A stretch of 30,748 nt of DNA from the IMG/VR virus record IMGVR_UViG_3300027813_003349, positions 1 through 30,748 of that record; one strand, written 5' to 3'. The position numbers and the translations under genes are program-made. Numbering within the stretch: the first letter of the stretch is position 1; each line of letters opens with the position of its first letter. Positions 1 to 8,654 of this stretch are shown here, piece by piece. The notes under the pieces were generated by a model. That model saw nothing but the letters and a program-made list of their open reading frames with translations, was not told the DNA's origin and did not search any database. Source of the DNA: a virus (taxonomy: Duplodnaviria > Caudoviricetes).

Positions 1-45
1 TGATTTTTTTATAGATTTTAATTTTGGTAATTTTAGTTCTGACAT
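1..45 (-). CDS. 5' end of a gene running off the window (MSELKLPKLKSIKKS...), function unknown
   Basis: ATG at 45-43 preceded by AAAGGTT, with an open frame to the window edge; not in the ORF track. Confidence 0.6.
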   Translation of the reverse strand, partial: MSELKLPKLKSIKKS

Positions 46-67
46 TTATAACCTTTATTGTTTTTAT

Positions 68-262
68 TTAAAATTTGCTACCACTTTGATGAAGATTGTC
101 GTGTTCAAGAATTTTCTTTCGCACTTCCTCATCGTAAACAAATAAATCAAGAGTCCTATTCACTAATTTTTGTAATGAAAATTCACTCTCAATTGTTTCG
201 TTTTTAAATTTCTTGTATAACTCCGATATAACTTTAACCGAAGTCAGTTTTATTTCACTCAT
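68..262 (-). CDS. small protein, possible ribbon-helix-helix DNA-binding protein
   Basis: GAGGA RBS; alternating beta-strand pattern (KLTSVKV) followed by two amphipathic helices. Confidence 0.5.
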   Translation of the reverse strand: MSEIKLTSVKVISELYKKFKNETIESEFSLQKLVNRTLDLFVYDEEVRKKILEHDNLHQSGSKF

Positions 263-305
263 AACTTTTCCTCATGATTGTATATATGTATATATAAATA
301 TTAAA

Positions 306-713
306 TCAATCAATAATAATGTACTTTTTTAATAACTTTTTTGCGTGGCCAAGTGTATCCATTGTTCCTTTAGAGTCAACTCCATTGGGTATAAATGCTA
401 CAACTTTATCACTATATTCTGCTATTTCTTTATTTCTTTTAAAGTAATTCCATACTGCATATGGTTTACCATAATTGAAACTCTCCCTAACACAATGTAT
501 ATTGTGAGAATAATGTTGTGGTGGAAATTCTACATATTTCATATCAAACTCTAATGCATATTTCTTAGCCAATCCATCAGCTCCATCCTTTTGGCCACCA
601 CTAACTATTTCTAATTCATTTCCAAACTTTTCTTTAAGTTTAAAAATAAAATCTTTTATCTTCTTTGTATTTGTATAACCTCGGCTACCGACTATTGCTA
701 TCTTAATAATCAT
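306..713 (-). CDS. SLOG-superfamily protein (YspA/cpYpsA-like, DUF2493-like)
   Basis: IAIVGSR, IVSGGxxxGAD, RNxxIA, VVAF and SKGT motifs. Confidence 0.8.
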   Translation of the reverse strand: MIIKIAIVGSRGYTNTKKIKDFIFKLKEKFGNELEIVSGGQKDGADGLAKKYALEFDMKYVEFPPQHYSHNIHCVRESFNYGKPYAVWNYFKRNKEIAEYSDKVVAFIPNGVDSKGTMDTLGHAKKLLKKYIIID

Positions 714-1131
714 TCCTCTTTTGTATCCGTTTGGGTGGTTTTTCTGATATTGTGAAATCCCATGTTGATTTAAAACTATCTAATCCTTCGAGTACACCAT
801 CCGCCCCATTTGTATATCTGTAAGCAAATCTTGTATACTGTGTCGTGTTGGCAATCGCTATTTGTTTTGGTATAACATCATACCAAATAAAATCTCTAAA
901 CAAATCAAAATATTGTGGTCGAATTATAGTTTTAAAATTATGATGTGGTATTCTATCCCACTTCTTAACAAACCCAGCCGTATCAACTTTATCTTTCCTT
1001 TGGTCGAACCAAAAATATAATTTCATATTATTGACCTCATTACCATATTCGGTTATTTTCTCTATAACTTCAGATTCCTTATCTGTACCTATAAAATCTG
1101 TTAAATACACTCTTAATGTTGGATTAATCAT
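703..1131 (-). CDS. hypothetical protein
   Basis: 142-aa ORF overlapping both neighbours; no recognisable motif. Confidence 0.7.
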   Translation of the reverse strand: MINPTLRVYLTDFIGTDKESEVIEKITEYGNEVNNMKLYFWFDQRKDKVDTAGFVKKWDRIPHHNFKTIIRPQYFDLFRDFIWYDVIPKQIAIANTTQYTRFAYRYTNGADGVLEGLDSFKSTWDFTISEKPPKRIQKRNDY

Positions 1132-1994
1132 ATCCGTTTCCTATCACATATATCTGGTTTAGTTTTAAACTCACACCACTTACAATTCTTTGTTGATGGT
1201 TCTTTACGATATTCTTTTATATAGTGATTTCCATCATCATCAAAACAATCACTAATAAACTCATCTAATCTTCCTATAACCCTATTGATACTTGGTTTAC
1301 CATTTGCTGGTATAAATGTCTGTATTCTCTTTTGTGGGAAATCCATATTTTCATATAATTTTCTCTTCAGTATTAAATATTCAATATCTATTTTATCCAT
1401 CGGAATATCATTCTGTTTAGAGAAGAATTGTTTATACAATAATAACTGATTGGTTTTTGTTTTATCTGCCTTTTGCCATTTGTTCCAACCCATTGTGGCA
1501 GTTTTTATGTCAATAATTTTAATACGGCCTGTTACCTTATGATGAATCACCACATCCATATAACCAACAAACTTTATATTATTTGGTAAATCATAATCTA
1601 CACCCATCTCAATACCAACTAACTCTGTATTTTTCTTTGGAAAATAACTACTCTTTCTTTTCTTAAATTCAGTTATTATATTCACCCCATCTTGATAAAA
1701 CTCTTTCATATCTTGTAGTGTTATTGATAACTCATCTTTTGAATCTGATTTAGCAGTTTTGTAATTTTCTTCCATACGATATTTTAAAATATCTTCTAAT
1801 GGTAGTGCATCTGCTTCTTTAATTGTTCGTCCATAATAACAAACTAAATAGGCTTGAATGACTTCATGTACTGAAGTACCAAAGATAGTATAGATATTAT
1901 CAGTAAATGTACGAAGTTTATCTATATAATTGGATTTCCACATATGTGGACATTTATCCCATTGTGAAAACTGACTATAACTTATTTTACCCAT
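1128..1994 (-). CDS. PD-(D/E)XK nuclease, Cas4/AddB-like, with probable Fe-S cluster
   Basis: SYSQ...CP, GTxVH, GYMD...IIDIKT, QLLLY and C-terminal CKWC...C (1+3 Cys staple). Confidence 0.85.
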   Translation of the reverse strand: MGKISYSQFSQWDKCPHMWKSNYIDKLRTFTDNIYTIFGTSVHEVIQAYLVCYYGRTIKEADALPLEDILKYRMEENYKTAKSDSKDELSITLQDMKEFYQDGVNIITEFKKRKSSYFPKKNTELVGIEMGVDYDLPNNIKFVGYMDVVIHHKVTGRIKIIDIKTATMGWNKWQKADKTKTNQLLLYKQFFSKQNDIPMDKIDIEYLILKRKLYENMDFPQKRIQTFIPANGKPSINRVIGRLDEFISDCFDDDGNHYIKEYRKEPSTKNCKWCEFKTKPDICDRKRI

Positions 1995-2868
1995 TTACTA
2001 CGGCTCTCCCTTTCATTTTTTCCCAATCTCTATCTTTTCTCACTTTATCATTTGTCTCTATAACTGATTCCAATACTTCTGGTACTACCCCAAGTTCATG
2101 TGCAACACATATTAGTGCATTTATATCCTTTGGTAAACAATGTCCACCAAATCCCATATCCCCATCTGGTCCTGGTACAGCCCAATGGGATTTACCTAAT
2201 CGTTCATCATATGTTGCATACTCTACAACCTTATCATAATCAATATCTATCTTATCACATATTTGTTTCATCTCATTTGCAAATGATATTTTTGTTCCAA
2301 GAAATGAATTGATAAAATATTTAACCATCTCGGCAGTCTTACTACCAGTCTTAACTATAGTTGCATTTGGAAAAACACTACTATAAATCTGTCTCAATGT
2401 AGTAGTTCCTTGTCTTGTACCACCCAATATAATACGAGTTTGGTTTTTAAAATCCTCAATAAAGTTAGCCTCAGTAAGAAACTCTGGATTAAATATAACA
2501 TTTATATTCTTAAATTTTTGGTTCAATCTATCTGTAGTTCCTGGTGGTACTGTAGATTTAATAACCACTATCTTATTCGTATCCCAACCTACATAATTGT
2601 AATCACGAAACCCTACCATATTATCTATATCACCAACTACTTCCTCAACTATATCTGAATGACAACTTCCATCTTTATTCATTGGTGTTGGAACACACAC
2701 GAATATAATATCTGACGTATTTACTAATTCTGATAATATCAAACAAGTACTTTTTGACTTATCAAATTTATCAAATGTTCCTACAGAATAATGTTTTTCA
2801 AAACCACTTTTAATTGCAGTTCCTACATATCCAAGTCCTACAATACCTATACGATGTTTTCTATTCAT
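1987..2868 (-). CDS. ugd: UDP-glucose/GDP-mannose 6-dehydrogenase family protein (short form)
   Basis: GLGYVG Rossmann motif, CVPTP, KSTVPPGTT, NPEFL and GFGGHCLPKD (catalytic Cys). Confidence 0.88.
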   Translation of the reverse strand: MNRKHRIGIVGLGYVGTAIKSGFEKHYSVGTFDKFDKSKSTCLILSELVNTSDIIFVCVPTPMNKDGSCHSDIVEEVVGDIDNMVGFRDYNYVGWDTNKIVVIKSTVPPGTTDRLNQKFKNINVIFNPEFLTEANFIEDFKNQTRIILGGTRQGTTTLRQIYSSVFPNATIVKTGSKTAEMVKYFINSFLGTKISFANEMKQICDKIDIDYDKVVEYATYDERLGKSHWAVPGPDGDMGFGGHCLPKDINALICVAHELGVVPEVLESVIETNDKVRKDRDWEKMKGRAVVNG

Positions 2869-2967
2869 CTATTTATCTCTTATTCTTTTAATGTTCCAAT
2901 ATGGGATAGATAGTACTAATACAAATAATGATATAACCAGTACAATAGTAACAATAGATTCAACCAT
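2869..2967 (-). CDS. 32-aa single-pass membrane peptide (MVESIVTIVLVISLFVLVLSIPYWNIKRIRDK)
   Basis: Fills the gap exactly: its ATG overlaps the upstream TAA (TAATG) and its TAG abuts the ugd ATG; hydrophobic stretch plus basic tail. Confidence 0.7.
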   Translation of the reverse strand: MVESIVTIVLVISLFVLVLSIPYWNIKRIRDK

Positions 2968-3359
2968 TATTTTCCCCATTTACCATTCTTTACAATTGTT
3001 GCCATAATTCCATAATTAGAAATGTCAAGATATGCATCTTCTAAGGGTTCATCTACAGCTGATTTTCTACCACCCATCAACATCGTTTTTAATCTCTGGC
3101 ATTTGTCATTAATTCTGAACCACAAACCTGTTAATGATAGATTAATTTCTTCAGGTGTTTGTAACTGTGTACCAACACTAATATTGCCAGGGCCGTAATC
3201 GTGTTGCTTATGTAAGAACAATTCGTATTGTTCTCTTTGAATCTTTTTAAACTCTTGTGTCATTAAAGGCCACTCCAATTCCATTTGTTCTACTATTGAT
3301 AGATTAAGATCATCTTTAGTATACTTTTTAACTGTCGTAGAATCTGTTATAACTTTCAT
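2967..3359 (-). CDS. nucleotide modification associated domain 1 (DUF1599-like) all-alpha protein
   Basis: KQHDYG, RINDKxxRL and EPLEDAYLDISNY motifs; GGAG RBS. Confidence 0.75.
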   Translation of the reverse strand: MKVITDSTTVKKYTKDDLNLSIVEQMELEWPLMTQEFKKIQREQYELFLHKQHDYGPGNISVGTQLQTPEEINLSLTGLWFRINDKCQRLKTMLMGGRKSAVDEPLEDAYLDISNYGIMATIVKNGKWGK

Positions 3360-3386
3360 TTATTTTACTCCCGTTTTCCATACTTG

Positions 3387-3419
3387 AATATACAACATAA
3401 AACCTATATAAGTCAAGCT
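3387..3419 (-). promoter_or_regulatory. sigma70-like phage promoter, copy 1
   Basis: TTGACT-18 nt-TATATT on the minus strand; closely similar copy at 19678-19710. Confidence 0.7.
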
Positions 3420-3979
3420 ATTTTATTTATTATTCCATAATCTAAACACATCGGTGCCGTTAAATAGGTATCATTTCTTTGAATCTTTTCCCAAAAAGAT
3501 GCATTTTTATTTGATACTTTACCTAAAATATTATTAATGTTTTTCTGTAAATCTTTTAAGTGATCAACACCTTTCATCACATCAGTAGTTTTACCTACTT
3601 CAAATGCAGAACCTTCATGAACCATAACCGTTGAGTTTTCACTCATTGACCTTACTCCTGTACCACACGCTAATAATACAGAAGCTGCACTCATACAAGT
3701 TCCAATACAATGTGTATTTACTTTAACTGGTAATCCTCTTATATAATCTACCAACCCTAACATAGCATAAACATCACCACCATATGAAGTAATATTCATA
3801 TTGATATCTTTAGTTGGATTACTTCGTACTAAATAATCTAATTTAACTTGTACTGAATATACACTATCAATTTCAAACTCGTGGTTCATCCAAGTGGTAT
3901 TGGTATCCGAATTGACACCCCACTCAATTTCTTTCATATAAAATAGTTGTTCTTTTTTATAATCCATTACTTGCTCCAT
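3413..3979 (-). CDS. clpP: ClpP-family serine protease (start may be 3967)
   Basis: ITSYGGDV, CMSAAS (Ser), VMVHE (His) and RNDTY (Asp) match the ClpP triad context. Confidence 0.85.
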   Translation of the reverse strand: MEQVMDYKKEQLFYMKEIEWGVNSDTNTTWMNHEFEIDSVYSVQVKLDYLVRSNPTKDINMNITSYGGDVYAMLGLVDYIRGLPVKVNTHCIGTCMSAASVLLACGTGVRSMSENSTVMVHEGSAFEVGKTTDVMKGVDHLKDLQKNINNILGKVSNKNASFWEKIQRNDTYLTAPMCLDYGIINKIA

Positions 3980-4395
3980 ATTTTTTTTAATTGTTTATCA
4001 TCAACACCATACTTCATTATGATTGTTGTAACTTGTTCTTTGGTTAACATCTCTAAGTATTGCTCCACCTCTCTTGTACTACATTCAAAATAATCCACTA
4101 AGTGTTCCATTGCCCACTTCTCTACTTTAGATTTCTTTTTTGATTTCGTGTATTTCAAAAAGGTTCTGCCTCTTGGTAACACATCTATATAAAACTGATA
4201 AAGATTCTTTGGTTTTATTTCCCAATGCTTTTGAATCTCATTTACAACTTGTATCCATTCTGACTTCATACTAAGGAATCTATGAACCATGTAGTTGCTC
4301 CAAGATTTTTTATCACCATCGGTGATTGAATCCCAATATAATGTGTTTTGCACATTTGTAATTTGTTTTATGTGGTCGAATAATGATTTAGACAT
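3967..4395 (-). CDS. clamp loader small subunit, T4 gp62-like
   Basis: YMVHRFLS, VNE, YQFY...FLKYTK and YFECS..E...YL pattern; gp44-like and gp45-like genes upstream. Confidence 0.65.
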   Translation of the reverse strand: MSKSLFDHIKQITNVQNTLYWDSITDGDKKSWSNYMVHRFLSMKSEWIQVVNEIQKHWEIKPKNLYQFYIDVLPRGRTFLKYTKSKKKSKVEKWAMEHLVDYFECSTREVEQYLEMLTKEQVTTIIMKYGVDDKQLKKIWSK

Positions 4396-4477
4396 AAATA
4401 ACCTTTAGATGTATATAAATAGTTTAAAATAAGTTGAAAGTGTAAATAAATTTTAATAACTAATCAATTACTTTTCA

Positions 4478-5179
4478 TTATAATAAATATTCGGGTAATC
4501 TTTCAAAATCAAAACTTTGTGCGTAAATATCAAAATCCCTTTTCCAAAAAACTTCTAATAAATTTTTAATTAAAATTCTATCTTCTTCTAAATATTTTAT
4601 TGATTGATTTTCTACTGGTAAATGTCTTATATGACTTTCGTTTCCAATAAAATTAAAATCATTGATTTCAAAATTTCTCCATTGTAAAAAGTCATAATAA
4701 GATTGTGAATCGTGTTCATCTTTTTTTCTATCATTAAAATAAACAAACCATTCTAAAAAACTTCGCTCTCTACCACCGATAAAAAATTCTTTCTTTAATT
4801 CTTTCTCGAAATCATATACACTTCCGTCTGGTTGGTGTATTATAGGAAATTCTCTATGGCCAATTGCACCCATTCTTCTAAAATTGTATAACGATATTAT
4901 TCTATCAACGGGGTTTCTTAATATAGTATGATACTCCACATTTCTATTAGGAAAATATTCTTCTATTCCATTATAAACTGCATGACCAAAAACTATCTTA
5001 ACCTTAGATAAATCTAACGATTCTAAGTAATTCTTAACTCTTAAAGAATCTATTACCAAATCTTTTGGAATCTTTTTAGTGTATAATTCTAAATATTCTT
5101 CCTTTTTATATTTAGATTTAATATATTCTCCAACTGAAGTACCACCACATTTTTGTATATGTAAAAGAACTTTTACCAA
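4478..5179 (-). CDS. sulfotransferase (Sulfotransfer_2-like)
   Basis: HIQKCGGTS (5'-PSB loop) and LRNPVDRIISLY (3'-PB motif); likely TTG start at 5179 overlapping the upstream stop, with GGAG RBS. Confidence 0.82.
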   Translation of the reverse strand: MVKVLLHIQKCGGTSVGEYIKSKYKKEEYLELYTKKIPKDLVIDSLRVKNYLESLDLSKVKIVFGHAVYNGIEEYFPNRNVEYHTILRNPVDRIISLYNFRRMGAIGHREFPIIHQPDGSVYDFEKELKKEFFIGGRERSFLEWFVYFNDRKKDEHDSQSYYDFLQWRNFEINDFNFIGNESHIRHLPVENQSIKYLEEDRILIKNLLEVFWKRDFDIYAQSFDFERLPEYLL

Positions 5180-5733
5180 TTTAAAGATTCTCCAGTATAC
5201 CAAGTCAATAATTGTTTTCTAACACCAACTGTAATTGGCGTAAGTCTATGTAATAATGGTAATGGGAATTGTACCATTTGTCCTACTTTTAATTTTACAT
5301 CTACTATTTTAAAATTATCTTTTCCAGTATCCATATTAAGTTTCCAACTTGGAAATTGTAAAACTCCACCTTCATACTCATCATTTAAACTTATAGAAAC
5401 TGCCACTCTCCTTACACCAAAAGCATCATCAAAATGCATTCCAATCTCATCACCCACTTGATACTCTTTAAAAAGTAATGGCCATAATCCACCATCACAA
5501 GTTGCATAATTTCCTATGTCCTTATTTTCTATTAGTCTATCATACACCCAATCTTCAGCATTTATTACCCTATCTAAAATATTATCTTCTGGTTGTCTAA
5601 GTATTCCGTTTAGCCATGTTTTATTAAATGATGAATTAACATGATAAAATCTATTAACAAAACTTGTATCCATTTCAAGAATTTTATCACATTCCTTTTT
5701 GGTAAAGATTGTTTTTACTATATAATTATTCAT
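5173..5733 (-). CDS. 2OG-Fe(II) dioxygenase (prolyl-4-hydroxylase/PiuC-like)
   Basis: HxD (MHFD), SISLNDEYEGG, distal His (LHRLTP) and Arg (GVR...W). Confidence 0.87.
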   Translation of the reverse strand: MNNYIVKTIFTKKECDKILEMDTSFVNRFYHVNSSFNKTWLNGILRQPEDNILDRVINAEDWVYDRLIENKDIGNYATCDGGLWPLLFKEYQVGDEIGMHFDDAFGVRRVAVSISLNDEYEGGVLQFPSWKLNMDTGKDNFKIVDVKLKVGQMVQFPLPLLHRLTPITVGVRKQLLTWYTGESLNW

Positions 5734-6910
5734 CCAAATACCTTATTAAAATTAATCCAGGAATCGCAATTAATGTACAGAATATAAAATAATATTCCCA
5801 ACCTATTGACTCTACTAAAAATCCTGTTTGTGATGTAAATATAGTTCTTGGTATTGCTACAAAACTTGACAACAAAGCATATTGTGTTCCTGTAAACTTT
5901 ACATTAGTAAGTAGTGCAATGTATGTTATAAATACTGCAGTTCCTAACCCAGAACAAAAACTCTCAAATAATCCTACTGAACAAAGTAGAATTAAATTTG
6001 GTTCTACCCAACTCAATATAACATATCCAAAAGTAGATACCATTTGTAATATTCCAAAATAAAATAATCCCTTCATTATATTATTATACCTTACTAACAG
6101 AATTCCACCAATAAAACTTCCAAGAAGTGTCATCCAAGTACCTATAAACTTCATATATCCAATTTGAGATTTAGTATATTCTAAATCCAAATAATAAGGT
6201 ACACTCATAAAGAAAGCCAACATATCGCCAATTTTATACATAAAAATAAATAATAATATAACCAATGCCTTATTTTTACGAAAATAATCTAATAATGGTT
6301 CTATAATTGATTCTCGCGTTTTAACTACATAATCATTCTCATCACACATCAACGTAGTAAGAATACCAACACACATAAAACTTGATAAATATAAAAATAC
6401 AAAATTAAATGTCATGTAATCTGATAAAATAAATCCCAATGAACCAATAACTGACATTGCCACTCTATAACCAATTACATATAAAGAAGATGCTAATGGT
6501 AGATGTTTCTCGGATACATTTTCTCGTCTATACGAGTCCACTAATATATCTTGTGTTGCAGAAAAGAATGATAGCATTAAACATAATATTCCCAACGGAA
6601 TTAATTGAGTGGAAATGTCAATCGAATATATCCCAACCATAGTTAAGATTATCAAGATTTGACTTATCAATAACCAACCTCTTCTTCTACCTAAAAATGG
6701 TAATGAGAATCTATCCAAGAATGGTGCCCAAGTAAATTTCAAAGAATAGGGTAATCCAACTAACCCAAGTATACCAATCATGGACAAGTCAATTCCAAAA
6801 TCTTTCATCCAGGCCTGGAGAATAGAAAGTGTCATCAACAATGGAACTCCCGCTGAAAATCCCATTAGTAAACTTACTATACAATCCTTATTTATATAAT
6901 CTCTAATCAT
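5726..6910 (-). CDS. ampG: AmpG-family MFS permease
   Basis: GFSAGVP, LKFTWAPFLDR, GRRRGW, SATQDILVDSYR, YKIGD and TQYALLSS motifs; about 12 hydrophobic segments. Confidence 0.85.
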   Translation of the reverse strand: MIRDYINKDCIVSLLMGFSAGVPLLMTLSILQAWMKDFGIDLSMIGILGLVGLPYSLKFTWAPFLDRFSLPFLGRRRGWLLISQILIILTMVGIYSIDISTQLIPLGILCLMLSFFSATQDILVDSYRRENVSEKHLPLASSLYVIGYRVAMSVIGSLGFILSDYMTFNFVFLYLSSFMCVGILTTLMCDENDYVVKTRESIIEPLLDYFRKNKALVILLFIFMYKIGDMLAFFMSVPYYLDLEYTKSQIGYMKFIGTWMTLLGSFIGGILLVRYNNIMKGLFYFGILQMVSTFGYVILSWVEPNLILLCSVGLFESFCSGLGTAVFITYIALLTNVKFTGTQYALLSSFVAIPRTIFTSQTGFLVESIGWEYYFIFCTLIAIPGLILIRYLDE

Positions 6911-7706
6911 TTAATATATCGTTATAATTATTTTTTCTATTAAGAATTTCAAATTCTTCACCTTTATAATATTTTACAACACCAGCATTAGAATCAACAT
7001 ACTCATAATGACAACACTTAATCATTTCATCATCATACTCTACTACTCCACCACAAACATCTCCATTTGGTTTCGGCCATCTACAGGACCAAGTATTTTC
7101 AAGTATGTTTGTAAACCCATATTTTTTAGATTCTCTAACCATATCCATTCTCCAAGTTTCGAACAATGGAAGATGTAATTTTTTTAAAATTTCCAACTCA
7201 GGAATTTTATCCGCTGATACTGTAAAATCTTTTGTTAGATTTTCTTTTAATAATTTTGCTGACGGATTATAACCTACTTCTTCTCCGAGATTCATACCAT
7301 CTTCAATTGAATATTCAAATATCTTATTCGAGTGTAATGAATACTGTATCATATATAGTATTTGATCCACCAATCTCCACCTATACTGATATTTCTCATG
7401 TAAAAATCTTAACTTTTTATAGACTTCTTTATTTATTGGAAATTCTTCCACTAATATTGTAGGTGGAAACAAACTTTCTGTATAAGGGAATTGTTTAATT
7501 ATCATTTCCCTTAACTTTACCATAACCTTTACTTCCACCTCTCTACTATCTCTACCTAATGGATATGGTGGATAATAACCATCACACGGAAAGTTCAAAT
7601 AATAAGTTTGTATAGGTTTTTTGTCTACAATTACTGCCCTACAGACCGAATAAGTGGAATCTATACCACCGCACCAAAAAATATTATGTTCTTTTTCCGA
7701 ATACAT
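6903..7706 (-). CDS. QueC-like PP-loop (adenine nucleotide alpha hydrolase) ATPase
   Basis: WCGGIDST PP-loop; TWSC...CG with a degenerate C-terminal Zn motif. Confidence 0.7.
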   Translation of the reverse strand: MYSEKEHNIFWCGGIDSTYSVCRAVIVDKKPIQTYYLNFPCDGYYPPYPLGRDSREVEVKVMVKLREMIIKQFPYTESLFPPTILVEEFPINKEVYKKLRFLHEKYQYRWRLVDQILYMIQYSLHSNKIFEYSIEDGMNLGEEVGYNPSAKLLKENLTKDFTVSADKIPELEILKKLHLPLFETWRMDMVRESKKYGFTNILENTWSCRWPKPNGDVCGGVVEYDDEMIKCCHYEYVDSNAGVVKYYKGEEFEILNRKNNYNDILND

Positions 7707-8634
7707 TTTTATCTAAAACCTTTTCTCTACTTTCTATTGATCCAGGACACATATTACATATATGTTCTTCCTCTAACCTCATCCATTTTATCATATCTTC
7801 TACTGAAATAGGAGCTTCTATTGGTTTATAACTTAAATAAGGTTTCCAATCTGCATCATCCAATAAATCAAATTTACTCAATACACTATTTAAATAAGCT
7901 ATAGGTGGACATTTCCATAATTTATTTTCATATAATTGTTGTATTGCTATACCACCATTAGCCCATGTACATTGACAAATCGACCAGGCACCCCTCGGAT
8001 TGTGATCCTTATATGGTTTCATTGTTCTACCATAACCTGTATATTGCTTATGCCATATTTGATCACCCATTGATTGTCCATGATGACCTTTATTATATAT
8101 TCCACCTCCACCTTCTGTAGTAATCGTATCAATTGAAACATCATACGACCTATAATCCAACCCATCATCTGACCACTGCAATAATTTTTCTCTAATTGGT
8201 TTTAATTTTTCTTGATATTTTAATTCATCACTATGATAAGAAACTTTAAATACAATTTTATTATCTATTAAAGTTTCTTTTAAAGTAGGATGATTATCAA
8301 TAAAAAACCCATTACTTAAAACACATATATTATTCTTTGGTATATACTTTCTACTAATTTTAAGTATTTCTTCTAAATCTTTATGTAAAGTTGGTTCTCC
8401 ACCTAATAACCGTAATTCCAAACTTAAAGCATTAAAATTATCTGCCCAAGTTTCCATATATTCTGTAAATCTTTCTACACTCAAAAAACCATCTAATTTA
8501 TAATTAGAATAATGAGAACATCCCGTACAAAATAAATTGCACATATTTGTAAGATGTATACCTATACAATATTCATATTTACCTTTGTATGTGAATGGGG
8601 TATCCCTATTATCCTGCACATAAGTTCGTTCCAT
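7684..8634 (-). CDS. radical SAM protein with C-terminal auxiliary Cys motifs
   Basis: CNLFCTGC, LLGGEPTLH, SNG; C-terminal C/KCP/CNMCP. Confidence 0.9.
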   Translation of the reverse strand: MERTYVQDNRDTPFTYKGKYEYCIGIHLTNMCNLFCTGCSHYSNYKLDGFLSVERFTEYMETWADNFNALSLELRLLGGEPTLHKDLEEILKISRKYIPKNNICVLSNGFFIDNHPTLKETLIDNKIVFKVSYHSDELKYQEKLKPIREKLLQWSDDGLDYRSYDVSIDTITTEGGGGIYNKGHHGQSMGDQIWHKQYTGYGRTMKPYKDHNPRGAWSICQCTWANGGIAIQQLYENKLWKCPPIAYLNSVLSKFDLLDDADWKPYLSYKPIEAPISVEDMIKWMRLEEEHICNMCPGSIESREKVLDKNVFGKRT

Positions 8635-8654
8635 TATAACCTCTTATTTTTATA

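Noticed and set aside
1128-1994. Cas4-like nuclease as evidence for a CRISPR system
   Set aside because: No repeat-spacer array or other cas genes are seen; solo Cas4-like nucleases are common in phages
6903-8634. Calling these genes queC and queE of a 7-deazaguanine DNA modification pathway
   Set aside because: Divergent motifs, wrong radical SAM size, and no folE, queD or dpdA in the window
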